From Okamejei kenojei (Eukaryota): DNA of 64,000 nt. Below the pieces are notes generated by a model. That model had not been told where the DNA came from. It worked only from the letters and a program-made list of their open reading frames with translations, and ran no database searches. Position numbers and translations under genes: made by a program. The stretch spans positions 5,580,001-5,644,000 of the forward strand of contig CM069154.1 in the NCBI GenBank assembly GCA_035221665.1, in the 5' to 3' direction. This document shows, piece by piece, positions 1-13,211 of the stretch (position 1 is its first letter; every line of letters starts with the position of its first letter).

Positions 1-829
1 CATTAACTCTCGTTCTCTCTCCACAGATGCTGCCCAACCCGTTGAGTATTTCATCTTGTGCAGTTTGTGCGGCTCAGTGTAAAGTCCATATCAGTCATCG
101 CATTTTTGTAGTTTTTTTTTTAATTTTATTTTCTTTAAATTTTATTTTATTAAAAGTAAGTACAGGAATATGGCACCAAGGTGCCTAATATATATTGACG
201 TTACATTTTATGTACAATCTTCTTATTATTATTCTTTTTAATAATGAAAAAGAAAAAGAGAGAAATAGATAATAAAAAGATAGAAACATGTTGATATATA
301 GTGTGTGAGAAAGAAAAAAGTGTGAAAGAAGAAAGTTGAGAAAGAAAAAGAAAAAAGAAAGAGAAAGAGTAGAAGTAAGAGATTAAGGGAGATCGTTATC
401 TATATTCATGACCATCCCTCTCCCAATCCTAAAACAGTTCGCTTCTACCATTTTGTTGCACCATATGCTTTCCAAAAAATCGACAAATGGAGACCAACTC
501 GTTAAAAATTGGTCTGATTTATCTATTAGGAGGAATCGCATTTCCTCAAGATGTGCAGTGTCCAACATGTTTGAAATCCACATTTTAAGCATTAGTACAG
601 CTGTATTTTTCCAAAAGTTAAGTATAAACGTTTTTTTTGCCGTTATTAACCGATAATTAAAAAATAAAATCCGGTGGCGCTAATGAAGCCCTAGAGGATA
701 GCGCCGCCAGCTCCGTAAAAAAATTGGAAAAAAACGGGGTTTTAAAAGACTTACCGGCTGTCTGCTACACACTGCCTTCCGTTTCTATACCGACTGTGCC
801 GAGTGACGTCATCAGCCGCGCGACTAACT

Positions 830-1916
830 ATGTCGACGCCACGGAGCCCTACCGACAAGAGTAAAACCTCGTTCAACCCGACAGAAAGCGGCAGAAGGCC
901 GAGGTGAAGCCTCGGATTCGAGTAGGACTAGCTCCATGGAAGATGTTTCCAAGAAACCAGGCACAAAAGCGGAAGGTGAGGATTTGAAAACTTTTATATC
1001 TCAACAGATGGCTATTTTAAAAGCTAGAATTAAAGAAGAAAATGAAAGGTATAAAGGAAGAATTAAAGGAAGTAATATGTCAAAATAAACAATCAGATGG
1101 ATCAGATGAAAAATCAACTGAATGAATTTCAAAAAGAAACAATGTTAAAAATTGAAAAAAAGGTCAAGAAAGTATCGGAAGATTTGAAGAAAGAACTTAT
1201 TGAAATGCTTAAGGATAATGGAAAGTAAGATGGAGAAAAAACTTGAAAAGGTTAAAAAAGACTTTCAAAATAAGATTAATCCTATTGAGAATGTGCTGGA
1301 ACAACAGGCAGCTGGCATGAAGAACCTTGAACAGATAGCGGAGGCAAGTACTGAGTCTACAGCAAAGCTGATAACAGAACATGAACGTCTAATGACTTTG
1401 CTGACTAAAACAACAGAGAAATGTACTCAGCTAGAAGGCTATCAGAGAAGACAGAACTTGAGGATCGCAGGGATTCCTGAAGGTCGCGAGAAACACGAAG
1501 ATCTTCGAGAATTCACTGCTAAACTACTCCAAAATGTTTTATCTCTGGATGAAATGCCTTTATTAGCTTGTGCACATAGAGTCGGCAGACGTCAGACCAG
1601 TATAAATGCCCCCCCAAGACAAATGATCATAAAGCTACAATATGATTTTGTTCTGGAGGAGATTATGCGGAAAGCTGCGAGAAATAAGAATTTGACATTT
1701 GAAGGACAAAGGATCAGTATCTATCGAGATTACCCTCCAGAGGTTGCTAGAAAACGGAAGGCTTTTAATGAAGCCAAAAGCCTAATGAGGGGTGTAGAAA
1801 ATCTGAGATACGGTTTGAATTACCCAGCCATTCTAAGAGTTACTTTTAACACAGTGGAGCATTTCTTTAAAACCCCAGAAGCAGCCTTGGATTTCGCAAA
1901 GCAGTTCAAGCCTTGA
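830..1916 (+). pseudogene. L1 ORF1 (coiled-coil, RRM, CTD; Transposase_22-like); 5' part frameshifted, start approximate
   Basis: LEGYQRRQNLRIAGIPEG, AHRVG, PRQMIIKL, ISIYRDYPPEV, YPAILRVT are typical L1 ORF1p motifs. Confidence 0.88.
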
Positions 1917-2073
1917 AAAGTATTTACAAGCAAACATACTGACTTTTACTATTTTTAGAGACCCAACATGGAGTCTCAACACTACCAGCAGCCTTGGATT
2001 TCGCAAAGCAGCTCGAGTCTTGAAAAGTATCTACAAGCAAACATACTGACTTTTTCTACTTTTAGAGACCCAA
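1881..2073 (+). repeat. ~107-bp-period tandem duplication covering the ORF1 stop codon
   Basis: gcagccttggatttcgcaaagcag...ttagagacccaa starts at 1881 and again at 1988. Confidence 0.85.
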
Positions 2074-2891
2074 TACGGACACTCAACATTCGTGAGATTT
2101 CATATGATAATATGGGACTAGAAGTAATGGACAATGCCGTACGGAATGAAGAGGAAAAAACTGGATTGGAAGACGTTTTCTGGATACTGACAATTAGTCT
2201 TAACATATAACTAATATAAACAAATAACACACATATTAAAATCACAACGCGGTTTTATTATCAATATGATTATTATTAATCAAGATTGCTCACTTTTGCT
2301 AATTAATATCACTAATAATTAATAACTAATGTCTCGTTAATGAATGGAGTTAAATTTAGCTATGGATCTCATTTGGAGATCCTTTTTTTCTAATAATAAT
2401 TTTTATTTTGTACTTTAAATTATATTCTTTATGTTTAATACTGCTTAGATTTTCTAAGTTAATTTTAGATATAGATACCCTTATATGACGATTACCACCA
2501 CTTTTTTCATTCCTTTAATATTACACCCCAGTTAAAAATATATTGATGGAATAATAATTCCTCAAATCTAGGAGCTGGCCAAGTTAATAACAACAATGCC
2601 GGAAGTCCTTAGATGGATAGCCAAGTTAATATGGCTAACACAAACTACAAATACTTTATTTGTAGTTTTTTTCCTTCTTTACACAAACTATTAATTTCTT
2701 TAACTATTCTTTACTATCCTTTTATATCTATTGTATTTTTCAGTTTGAATGGAGTTACACATTGGACCAATGGAGATATATTCGTGAGGTATATAAAAGA
2801 GATTTAAAATTCATCTATTCGGTGTTCGGGTGTAAGGTTAGGTCTACTGCGCTGACCCTTAGACTCTATTGCAGATTCCCACAAACTTAAA

Positions 2892-5800
2892 ATGCAAGAC
2901 TTAAAAAGAAATACGGGGAATGAGGGATTAACATTTTGCAGTTGGAACGTTAAAGGTATTAATGAACCAATAAAGAGAGGAAAAATATTGACACATTTAA
3001 AGGCAATTAAAGCTGATGTAATTTATATTCAAGAAACCCACTTAAAAAAAGACGCTGAAAACAGGTTGAAAGCTAAATGGATAGACAAAATATATCATTC
3101 TTCTTTTACGCATAAATCAAGAGGTGTAGCAATATTATTTCGTAAAGGTACTTTATTTAAACATACATCAACTATATCTGATAAAGATGGTAGATACATT
3201 ATTGTGATAGGAGAAATAAACACAGAAAAAATGATTTTCGTTAATATATATGGACCAAATTTTGATAGCCCTTTGTTTTTTAAGAAAGTACTTAACAATA
3301 TTCCGGAATTAACACACATTATAATTTGATAATTGGAGGAGATTTTAATTGTACATTAGACCCTTACCTAGACAGATCTTCAAAACAAAGAAAAACTAAA
3401 TCACATTCTAGTGATTTATTAAATGCATATATTCAAACGACTAATATTAAAGATGTTTGGAGAATAGAAAACCCTACTGGTCGAGAATACTCTTTTTACT
3501 CACCAGTACATAAAACTTACTTAAGAATAGATTATTTTCTGGTAGATGCAAAGCTTATCTCACTTACTTACGAACCCAAATATCATAATATTATAATCTC
3601 AGATCATGCACCATTAACATTTAAAATTAAAATAAATGGTAAAACAGAAAATTGTGGACAATGGAAACTTAATCCACAAATTTTTAAAAAATAAAACCAC
3701 TCAGGAATATATTATAACTCAAATTAAGATTTTTTTGAAATAAATGATCAACCAGAAAATATCTCGCTCTTTATTATGGGAAACATTTAAAGCATATCTT
3801 CGGAGGAATTATGATTTCTTTCACAAGCATTCCATAATAAAAAGATTCGGAAGGAACAACAGGACTTGGAAAGGGAGATTAAACAATTAGATATACAGAA
3901 TGCAACAAAACCAGATATAATAATACATAATAAAATTGTAGCATTGAAATATAAATTAAATAAAATATATACTGATCAAGTTTTAAAATTTTATCAACAT
4001 ACTAAACAATTACAGTTTGAATTTGGAGACAAACCCCAAAAATTATTAGCTCGACAATTAAGGAAAATTGAAGCTGAAAAAAATTATACATAGGATTAAA
4101 TCACAAAATAGTGATTTATTAATACAACCTAAAGATATTAATGAAAGATTTATGCAATATTATAAAAAATCTATATACTGTTTAAAGCGACAGTAAATAA
4201 AACAGAAAATAGATGCCTTTTTAAAAATATGTAACTTAAAAGGTTTGGATTTACAAAATAAAGAACTATTAAAATGCTGATATATTTCAATAAAAGAAAT
4301 CCAAGAATCTATTAGATCATTAAAAAATGGTAAAACACCGGGACCGGATGGTATAGGCTCGGAATTTTATAAAATTTTTCATGATCATATGGTCCATATT
4401 TGAAATCATTATATGAACAGATATATACACAACAGAAATTACCAGATACGCTGAACGAGTCTATTATAACACTTATACCTAAAATAAATAAAGACTTGGA
4501 TGAACCAGGATCATATAGAGCAATAGCTCTATTAAATACGGATCAAAAGATTCTAACAAAAATATTAGCACAAAGATTAAGTACAGTTGTCAATGAATTA
4601 ATTCATCCCTATCAAACAGGATTTATATCTAAAAGATATTCCTCATATAATCTAAGACGGTTATTTAATATTATATATTCGAAAAGAAGTGATAAAAAAG
4701 ATTTAGTAGTTATCTCGCTGGATGCAGAAAAAGCTTTTGACCAAGTGGAATGGCCTTATCTATTTTCGGTGATGGAAGCTTTCAAGCTCGGTGAGAAGTT
4801 TACTACTTGGATTAAATTGTTATATGCAAACCCAACAGCTAGAATAACAACAAACCGTATGTTATCTACTAAATTTAGTTTATCTCGAGGTTGTAGACAA
4901 GGCTGTCCTCTAATCACCTTTATTGTTCGCGCTAGCAATAGAACCTCTCGCCCAAAGGGTGAGATTACATCCGGAAATACATGGATATGATACTAAAGAT
5001 ACTAAGAATAAAATCTCCTTATATGCGGGACGATGTATTACTTTATATCACTGAACCGGAAAATAAGTATCCGAAATTTGTTAAAACTAATAACGGAAAT
5101 TTGGATTAATCTCAGGATACAGTATCAATTGGAATAAAAGTGAACTTATGCCAATAACGATGAATAATTTACAGATATTACAACAATTTCCTTTCAAGAT
5201 AACAAATGAAAATATTTAAATATCTTGGCATTTTCGTTACAAAAAGATTTGATTCTTTATTTAAATCTAACTTCCCGTTATTACTGAACAAATTAAATAA
5301 GAATATTTTATACTGGAAAAGTTTACCTATTTCAATGTTAGGTAAAATCAACGCGATAAAAATGATTTTTCTCCCACAATTATTATATTTATTTCAATTA
5401 ATACCGATATATCTCCCTAAAAATTTTTTTTTAAAATTAGACTCCCTAGTTACTAACTTTATTTGGGATTATAAGAACCACAGAATAAATAAAAAACACT
5501 TATGTAAAGCTAAAATAAATGGGGGATTAGCATTACCAAATTTTATGTTTTATTACTGGGCAGTTAATATCAAAAACATGAATTTTTGGCTAGAAGAAAT
5601 AGATAACAAACCAAACTGGTTAAAAATGGAAAAAGAAGATTGTTCTCCATTTGAAATTAGTTCTATAATATTTGCTAATACTAACGTGACTAAGAAAATT
5701 TATAGTGAAAACCCGATAATAGAAAACGGAATCCGCATTTGGAAACAAATAAAGAAAACATTAAAATTAAAATCTATACCGTTAGGTCTTACCATTGCCA

Positions 5801-6700
5801 ATAATTTTACATTTAAACCTTCAACGATGGATATTACAATGGAAAAATAAAGGAATTTTAAACATAGGGGATCTTTATAAGGAAAGCTCTTTTCTTTCAT
5901 TTCAAGAGTTACAACAAACTTATGGACTACAAAATAATGAATATTTTAGATATTTACAAATCAGAAACTATATCTCTGCAAATACACAAGAACTTAGAAA
6001 TAGAAAGACTGACATTTTAGATGAATGCTTGAATAAACATCCAAATACAGAAAAAATGATATCATATATTTATAATATTTTATTGGAAAGTGATATCCCA
6101 TCAACGGAAACACATAGACATATTTGGGAAAATGAATTAGGTCAAATAATAAGCTCAGAAATATGGGACGAAAGCTTACAACACATACATCATTGTTCGT
6201 TTAAATGCTAAACATGTTCTTATACAGTTTAAAATTCTACATAGACTACATTATTCCAAATCTAAATTACATAATATATTTCCAAAATTATCGCCTATAT
6301 GTGATAAAATGTCAAATCTCAGAAGCAAATTTGTCACATTCATTCACTAATTGTATAAAGATTGTAGAATATTGGAACGAAATATTTAAGATAATTTCGA
6401 ATGTTAATAATATTACAATGATTTCTGATCCAAAGTTAATAATACTTGGAATACTTGAAACGGACCAACTAATTACAATGAACCAAAGAATTTTTATCGA
6501 CTATTGTCTAATAATTGGGAAAAAATTAATACTAAAATTTTGGAAAGGCCCTGCATCCCCAACAATTAAAATGTGGAATACAGAAATGTCTGAGACACTT
6601 CATTTGGAGAGATTGAGGGCTTGTCCTTATGGATAGGTTAGATCTCTTCAGAGAGATTTGGTCTCCATATATTAAATATTTACAGGGTCATAACGGTTCG
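2892..6700 (+). pseudogene. L1 ORF2 (APE endonuclease plus reverse transcriptase), many frameshifts
   Basis: SWNVKG, IQETH, IGGDFN, RIDYFL, SDHAP (EN). YRAIALLNTDQKIL, SLDAEKAFD, RGCRQGCP, YADD-like, KYLGI (RT). Confidence 0.92.
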
Positions 6701-8391
6701 GCGCGAAGACTTGACTGAGGCCTGAATATCTGAATGGATGAAGAAACATATATAATAAATCATGAATATATCTCCAAGGACGAATTAATGAATAATATTC
6801 CAATCTCCATCAAACTTTCAACCACTCTCTTTTCTATTTTCTATTCTTTATTTTTTCTATCCTTAATTATAAAAAAAGTATAGAAACACATTATATTAAA
6901 ATTTTTAATATTAATGCGAATATAGATATCATTACTTGTATGAAAATATTATTGATGTCCTGTATTTTTAATTACATAAAATTGTGTAGTTTCAACTATA
7001 TAATAATTTAGAAATATAAAAGTCAATAATAATACAAACACTCTTATTATTATGAAAATATAATGAATATTATAGAAGTTCGGTTAATATTGTGTATTAT
7101 ACAATTATAACATGGGGGACTTGTATTTTGAAATCAGAGGAAATATGGATATTATGAGTAGTATGAGTATATTGCTAATACTAGGAAGATACTATACACA
7201 CTCCCAATTATACAAAATAATTAACCTTGATATGTATTATTGATAATATTATAAATAATATAAACAGTATCAATTTATCATTAATATTATATAGTTTTTA
7301 TCGTTGTATAAGAGTGTATTTTGTAATTACTTTGTTTCTATAATAAAAAAATAAAAAAAATAAAATAAAATTAAAACAAAATAAAATAAAATTTGAGATG
7401 AGTTCAATTTATTCCCATCTGCCATTACTCCAAATACAATCATTTAAGTATTAGGTTCCATTTTTATCTTAAATAATTTTGTAAATATTTCAAAAATATC
7501 ACTCCAGAATTTATAACGTTTTATGCAGGAGACAAAAGAGTGTGTTATCGTTGCATTTTGGGATAGACATTTATCACAAATGGGGGAAGTATTTGGATAG
7601 AATTTATTCAATCTAGTTTTTGAGTAATATAATCTATGTAAAATTTTTATTCAATTTTATCTTACATTAATCGAACATTTATGTATATATATCAAATACG
7701 TTTCCCATGTTTCCTTCGTAATTTTTATCATTAATTCTCATTCCCACTCTTCTCTAAGTGCCTCTGTCGATGGTTTAAAATATTTTTAAAATACTATCAT
7801 ATAAATATGATATTAATTTCTGTGAGTCAGCCTTAATGTTCATTGCTTCTTCCAGTGGATCTAAAGTTATGTTTTTGATATCTTTGTATGTATTTTCTCA
7901 TGAAGTCGCAGATCTGAAGATATTTAAAATATTGGTTATTTTTCAGTTAAAATTTTAATTGGAATTGTTGGAATGATAACAGATTTCCCATTTCAGACAT
8001 ATCACCGATCCTTTTAATTCCCATTCTTTCCCATTGATTATATGTTTTATCAATAAGAGATGGTTTAAATGAAGGGTTATTCACTATTGGCATTAACAAA
8101 GATAGGTTTCTTAATTTTAAGGATAATTTTATTTGTTTCCAAATTCTTATTGTCTCATGTATAATTAGGTTATTCTTATATATTGTGTTGTTCAGTTTTA
8201 TCGGGGAGAAGAGGATCGCTCCTATATTACAAGGAGAACAGTCCTCTTTCTCCATTCTTATTCATTCTGTCTGTTGGGTAGAACTGTCCAAGCAGTAAAT
8301 TATTCTTAATATGCACTGCCCTATAATAATACAAAAAGTTCGGAAGATGACATATCAGTCATCTCATGAGGATTCTTCGTTCATAAGTTAT

Positions 8392-9023
8392 AGAAACATA
8401 GAAAATAGGTGCAGGAGGAGGCCTTTCGGCCCTTTGAGCCAGCATCGCCATTCATTGTGATCAGGGCTGAACGTCCCCAATCAATAACCTATGCCTGCCT
8501 TCTCCCCCATATCCCTTGATTCCACTAGCCCCGAGAGCTCCATCTAACTCTCTCTTAAATCCATCCAGTCATTTGGACTCCACTGCCCTCTGTGGCAGGG
8601 AATTCCACAAATTCACAACTCTCTGGGTGAAAAAGTTTTTTCTCACCTCAGTCTTAAATGGCCTCCCCTTTATTCTAAGACTGTGCCCCCTGGTTCTGGA
8701 CTCGCCCAACATTGGGAACATTTTTCCTTCATCGAGCTTGTCCAGTCCTTTTATAATTTTATATGTTTCTATAAGATCTCCACTCATCCTCCTAAACTCC
8801 AGTTTAGAGCCTAGTCTTTTCAATCTTTCCTCGTGTGACAGTCCCGCCATCCCATGGATCAATCTCGTGAACCTACGCTGCACTGCCTCAATCACAAGGA
8901 TGTTCTTCCGCAAATTAGGAGTCCAAAACTGGACACAACACTCCAGATGTGGTCTTACCAGACCCCAATACAACTGCAGAAGAACCTCTCCACTCCTGTA
9001 CTGAAATCCTCTTGCAATGAAGT
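8392..9023 (-). mobile_element. CR1 (HER1-like) LINE 3' fragment
   Basis: LVRPHLECCVQFW, ESRTRGHSLRIKGRPF, FFTQRVVNLWNSLPQ, followed by the family 3'UTR. Confidence 0.88.
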
Positions 9024-9786
9024 TCATGTGTTAGGGGAGGAATGAGGTCATTTTGTCTACTCCGCCATTCAATCATGGCTGATCTATCTCTCCCTCTCAA
9101 CCCCATTTTCTTCCCTTCTCCCCATATCGCTTGACACCCATACTAATCGAGAACCTGTGAATCCTAAAAATACCCAGTGACTTGGCCCTCATTGGAAACA
9201 CGGTAAAAGCTTTTCCCTGTACGTCGGTACAGAACGACAACAATAAACTGAGCTCATGAATCACCAAAGTTTGTGAGACACAAGAATTGCAGGTGCTGGA
9301 ATCTTGAGCAAAACACAAAGTGCTGGAGTAACTCAGCAGGTCCGGCAGCATCTGTGGAAGGAATGAACGGACGATGTATAGGGTTCGGACCCTTCCTTCA
9401 GATGATGTGTGTGTGTGGGTGTGACAGTAAACGGGCAGGGGGAGAGGGTGAGGGGGCGGTTCCACCCCTCCTGCCACAGTGAGGGGACGGCAGAGTTTCT
9501 GGTTCTGGAGCAATCGTCTTTGGGGAAATGAGCCGCCAGCAGCAGAACCGCCGGTCCCCGTTCACGAGGTCCCCCCCTCCCCGTCCCCGTCCCCCCCCCC
9601 CCCTCACACACACATACACACACACTGCTCCTTGGACAGTGGGCTCATGGACCCCTGTAAATGTGCTCCCCCCCCTTCACCCCGACCCCCGGCGATGTGG
9701 CACCGAGTCACCGTCAGGACCGAGGCCGGGAATTCCCAGGCTGGAATGTTCACATCTGGGAGAGTGAGGAGAGATCGTCAACGTAC

Positions 9787-10113
9787 CTTCAGAAACCTTC
9801 AATGAGATGGAGGTCCTTTCATTGCTTGAAAAGATTCCCTTTTTTACTATCACACACCAGTAGCGTCCTTCATCACTCTTCTCCAGGTTGTCGATGGTTA
9901 CTGAAAGTATCCGTTGTGTTTTGTTATCAGTCATCGATGTTCTCCCTTGTCGTGGGTCATCAGTAGAAACCACGGTCTTAGATAACCGGTAATAATAACC
10001 TTTACTCCATAGCTTACTGTTGTCACTGTATTCCTGACCATACCGACATTCCACAGTGACCGACTGCCCCAACTCTCTCGTCACCTCCTTGGGTCCAGTT
10101 ATTCCCCCTGACC
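9787..10113 (-). CDS. Ig V-set exon (copy A) of a CD300/pIgR/MDIR-like receptor
   Basis: 327-nt open exon, acceptor cccacag, donor gtacgt, phase 1/1. Encodes GPKEV...GQSVTVEC.Y...KLW.KG...GRTSMTDNKTQRILSVTIDNLEKSDEGRYWC...SLKVSE, typical of the CD300/pIgR family. Confidence 0.9.
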
Positions 10114-10370
10114 CTGTGGGCACATGAATGATGAAAGATCACACACACTGCAGCAACACAAGCTGAGGTTTAACAATAAAAAAACATGTCATTTTGTGCT
10201 GTTCAGACAGGTTCATGGTTTTGCATAGATCATGTGTAGCAAGGAACTGCAGGTGCTGGTTTACACCAAAGATTGACACAAAGTGCTGGAGTAACTCGGC
10301 AGGTAGCCAAAAATGCTGGAGAAACTCAGCTGGTGAGGGCGGAAGCATCTATGGAGTGAAGGAAATAGGC

Positions 10371-10398
10371 GACGTTTCGGGTCAAGACCCTTCTTCAG
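10371..10398 (-). ncRNA. Minimal type-I hammerhead ribozyme motif in a Penelope-derived repeat
   Basis: CTGAAGA-a-gggt(cttg)accc-GAAACGTC: CUGANGA box, stem II, GAAA, palindromic ACGT, GUC site. Confidence 0.65.
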
Positions 10399-10477
10399 AC
10401 TGATGGCAGATCAGGCAGCATCTCTGGAGTAAAAGGGTAGGTGGCCTTTTCGGGTCGGGACCATTCTTGATCTCCTG

Positions 10478-10700
10478 GTTGCCAACCCTGTCAACATCCC
10501 TTCCCATTCCCACACTGACCTTTCTGTCCTGGGCCTCCTCCATTGCCAGAGTGAGGCCACATGCAGGTTGGAGGAACCGCACCTCATATTACGCTCAGGT
10601 AGTTTACAACCCAACGGTTTGAACGTTGAATTCTCTAATTTTAACTATCTTCTACTAACCTGCGCCCTCCCCTTCCCCCTTGACCCCTTTCTCCACCCTG
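10478..10700 (+). mobile_element. Penelope-like element 3' fragment (GIY-YIG endonuclease C-terminus)
   Basis: Translates VANPVNIPSHSHTDLSVLGLLHCQSEATCRLEEPHLILRSGSLQPNGLNVEFSNF, matching the PLE endonuclease tail. Confidence 0.75.
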
Positions 10701-11021
10701 GTGGGTGAGGGGCTGGTTTTCCCCCACCTGGTTCTGGAGGTTCTGGTCCCGGAGCGATCGTCTTTCGGGAAATGAGCCTCAGCAGCAGAACCGCGGTAGC
10801 TGGGATCTTCCGTGGGGCTGGTGTCTGACATCCCCCCCCTATACTGCTCCTGGGACAGTGGGCCCAGTAAATGATGTATGCACCACCACCACCCCCCCCC
10901 CCCCCCCCCCGTCCACCTCGACCCCCGGGGATGTGGCACCAAGTCACCATCAGGACTGAGGCCGAAATTCCCTGGCTGGAATTTTCACATCTGGGAGCGT
11001 GAGGAGAGATCGTCAACGTAC

Positions 11022-11345
11022 CTTCAGAAACCTTCAATGAGATGGAGGTCGATTCATTGTGTGAATGTTTTCCCTTTGCTATCACACACCAGTAGCGTCC
11101 TTCATCACTCTTCTCCAGGTTGTTGATGGTTACTGAAATTATCTGTTGTGTTTTGTCATCAGTTATCGATGTTCTCCCTTGTCGTGGGTCATCAGTAGAA
11201 ACCACGGTAGAAGATGACTGGTAATCATCACCTTTACGCCACAGCTTGTTGTAATCACTATATTTCGAATCATACTGAAATTCCACAGTGACCGACTGCC
11301 CCAACTCTCCCCTCACCTCCTCGGGTTCAGTTACTCCCCTTGACC
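11022..11345 (-). CDS. Ig V-set exon (copy B), tandem paralogue lacking the first canonical Cys
   Basis: 324-nt open exon with the same splice sites as copy A. About 73% amino-acid identity to copy A by hand alignment. VTVEF in place of VTVEC. Confidence 0.85.
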
Positions 11346-11405
11346 CTGTGGGCACATTAATGATGAAAGATCACTCTCACTGCAGCAACACAAGCTGAGG
11401 TTTAA

Positions 11406-13211
11406 GTAAGTAAGTAAGTAAGTTTATTGGCCAAGTATTCACATACAAGGAATTTGCCTTGGTGCTCCGCCCACACGTAACAACATGACATACAGTGACA
11501 GTTACGAATCACTCAGAAAATACTAAACATTAATAATAATAAAACATTAATGACAAAACACCATTGATCAAGCATGTGAACCAACAAAATATCAGATCAA
11601 AGGGAGGCTACAGATTTTTGGCTGTTGAGTAGAGCAACTACTCGTGGATAAATACAGTTTTTATGTGGCAGTTTTGACAGCCTGGAGTCGCCTTCCAGAG
11701 GGAAGTGATTCAAAGAGTTTGTGGCCAGGGTGAGAGGGGTCAGAGATGATCTTGCCTGCTCGCTTCCTGGCCCTTGCAGTGTACAGTTCATCAATGGAGG
11801 GAAGGTTGCAGCCAATAACCTTCTCAGCTGATCGGACGATTCGTTGCAGCCTCCAGGTGTCGTGCTTGGTGGCTGAGCCAAACCAGACCATGATGGAGAA
11901 GGTGAGAACAGACTCTACGATGGCCGTGTAGAATTGGACCATCATTGCCTGTGGCAGATTGTGCTTCCTCAGCTGCCGCAGGAAGTACATCCTCTGTTGT
12001 GCCTTTTTGACTGTGGAGTTGATGGTCGCCCCACACTTAAGGTCCTTGGAGGTGATATTTCCCAGGAACTTAAACGACTCCACAGATGTGACTGTGGTGT
12101 TGTTGATGGTGAGTGGGGTGAGGGGAGGGGGAGCTCTCCTAAAGTCTACAATCAATTCCACTGTCTTAAGAGCATTGAGCTCTAGGTTGTTGCTACGGCA
12201 CCAGGATGCCAGCTGTGACACTTCCTGTCTGTAAGCAGATTCCTCCCCATCCTGGATCAGTCCAATCAGGGTTGTATCGTCCGCAAACTTGGGAAGTTTG
12301 GCAGAGGAGTCTGTAGAGGTGCAGTCATTGGTGCAGAGAGAGAGTAGAGGAGAGGGGAGAGTACGCAGCCTTGCGGTGCCTCTATGCTGAGCGTTTGCGG
12401 GTTCGAGGTGCTTTCCCAGCCTCACATGCTGCTTCCTGTCTGTCAGGAAGCTGGTGATCCACCGACAGAGGGGTTCAGGCACAGTCAACTTGGAAAGTTT
12501 GGAGTGTAGTAGCTCTGGCACAATGGTGTTGAATGCAGAGCTAAAATCAACAAACAGGATCCTCGCATAGGTCCCCTGGTGGTCTAGGATGAAGTGCAGG
12601 CCCAGGTTGACTGCATCATCCACAGATCTATTGGCCCGATATGCAAATTGCAGAGGGTCCAATAGATCTGTTTGTGATATTTTTCAACTTGGCCAGCACA
12701 TGCCTTTCGAGTGTCTTCATGACTACAGAGGTCAGTGTGACAGGCCTGTAGTCATTAAGACAAGTAATCCTTGCCTTTTTGGGTGCAGTGACAATAGTGG
12801 AGACTTTGAAGCAGGCAGGGACAGTACATGTTTGCAGGGACTGGTTTAAAATGTCTGTGTAGACCGGTGCCAGCTGTTTGGCACAGAGCTTATGAGTCGA
12901 GGGGGAAACATTGTCAAGTCCTGGAGATTTCCGGCTTTTTTGTCCTCTGAAATGCCTCTCCTCCTCCTCTATTTTTATTGTTGATATTTGATAAGTGATG
13001 TTTTGCAGCACAGAGGGTATGGGTGATTTGGTGTGAAGTGGTGATTGGAGGGGGGTGGGCGTAGAAGGGCCCAGTCTTTGTGAGTGGGTGTGAAGTGACA
13101 GTATTTTCATACTGGAGTCTTGCCTTAAGTAGGTGTGAAGTGGTGAATGGGAAGGAGAGGATGCCGGGTCCATTCTTTGTAGACTGGGGTCTGGCTGGGT
13201 TGGTTGGTTGG
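11406..13211 (-). mobile_element. Rex1/Babar-type LINE, 5'-truncated, in the intron upstream of V exon B
   Basis: DPLQFAYRANRSVDDAV, ILFVDFSSAFNTI, KFADDTT. (gtaa)n tail. ttaa duplicated at 11402-11405 and 13212-13215. Empty site visible in the paralogue at 10165-10178. Confidence 0.9.

Larger units (their letters stand above)
671..7382 (+). mobile_element. Full-length L1 (LINE-1 clade) with frameshifted ORF1 and ORF2
   Basis: CpG-rich 5'UTR, ORF1, ~1-kb inter-ORF spacer, ORF2 (EN, RT, Cys-rich end), A-rich tail. TSD aaaataaaat at 661-670 and 7383-7392. Confidence 0.93.
104..8350 (-). mobile_element. 5'-truncated L1 (3' ~1.5 kb of ORF2 plus 3'UTR), split into 104-660 and 7393-8350 by a nested L1
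   Basis: Minus-strand ORF2 C-terminal peptides (MEKEDCSPCNIGAIL..., KMWISNMLDTAHLEEMRF) join across the gap. T-rich tail near 104-150. 17-bp TSD catatcagtcatc(g/t)cat at 87-103 and 8351-8367. Confidence 0.88.

Noticed and set aside
9470-9520. Possible small exon after each V exon (aaag|ACGAT..., also ~10728-10762)
   Set aside because: Weak acceptor; length and donor not conserved between the copies.
9570-9625. Poly-C/(ca)n tracts (also 10880-10910) as G-quadruplex elements
   Set aside because: Simple repeats with no evidence of function.
9677-9786. C-terminal extension of the V ORF (likewise 10645-11021)
   Set aside because: Read-through past the gtacgt donor into intron. The annotated starts also lie in the acceptor region.
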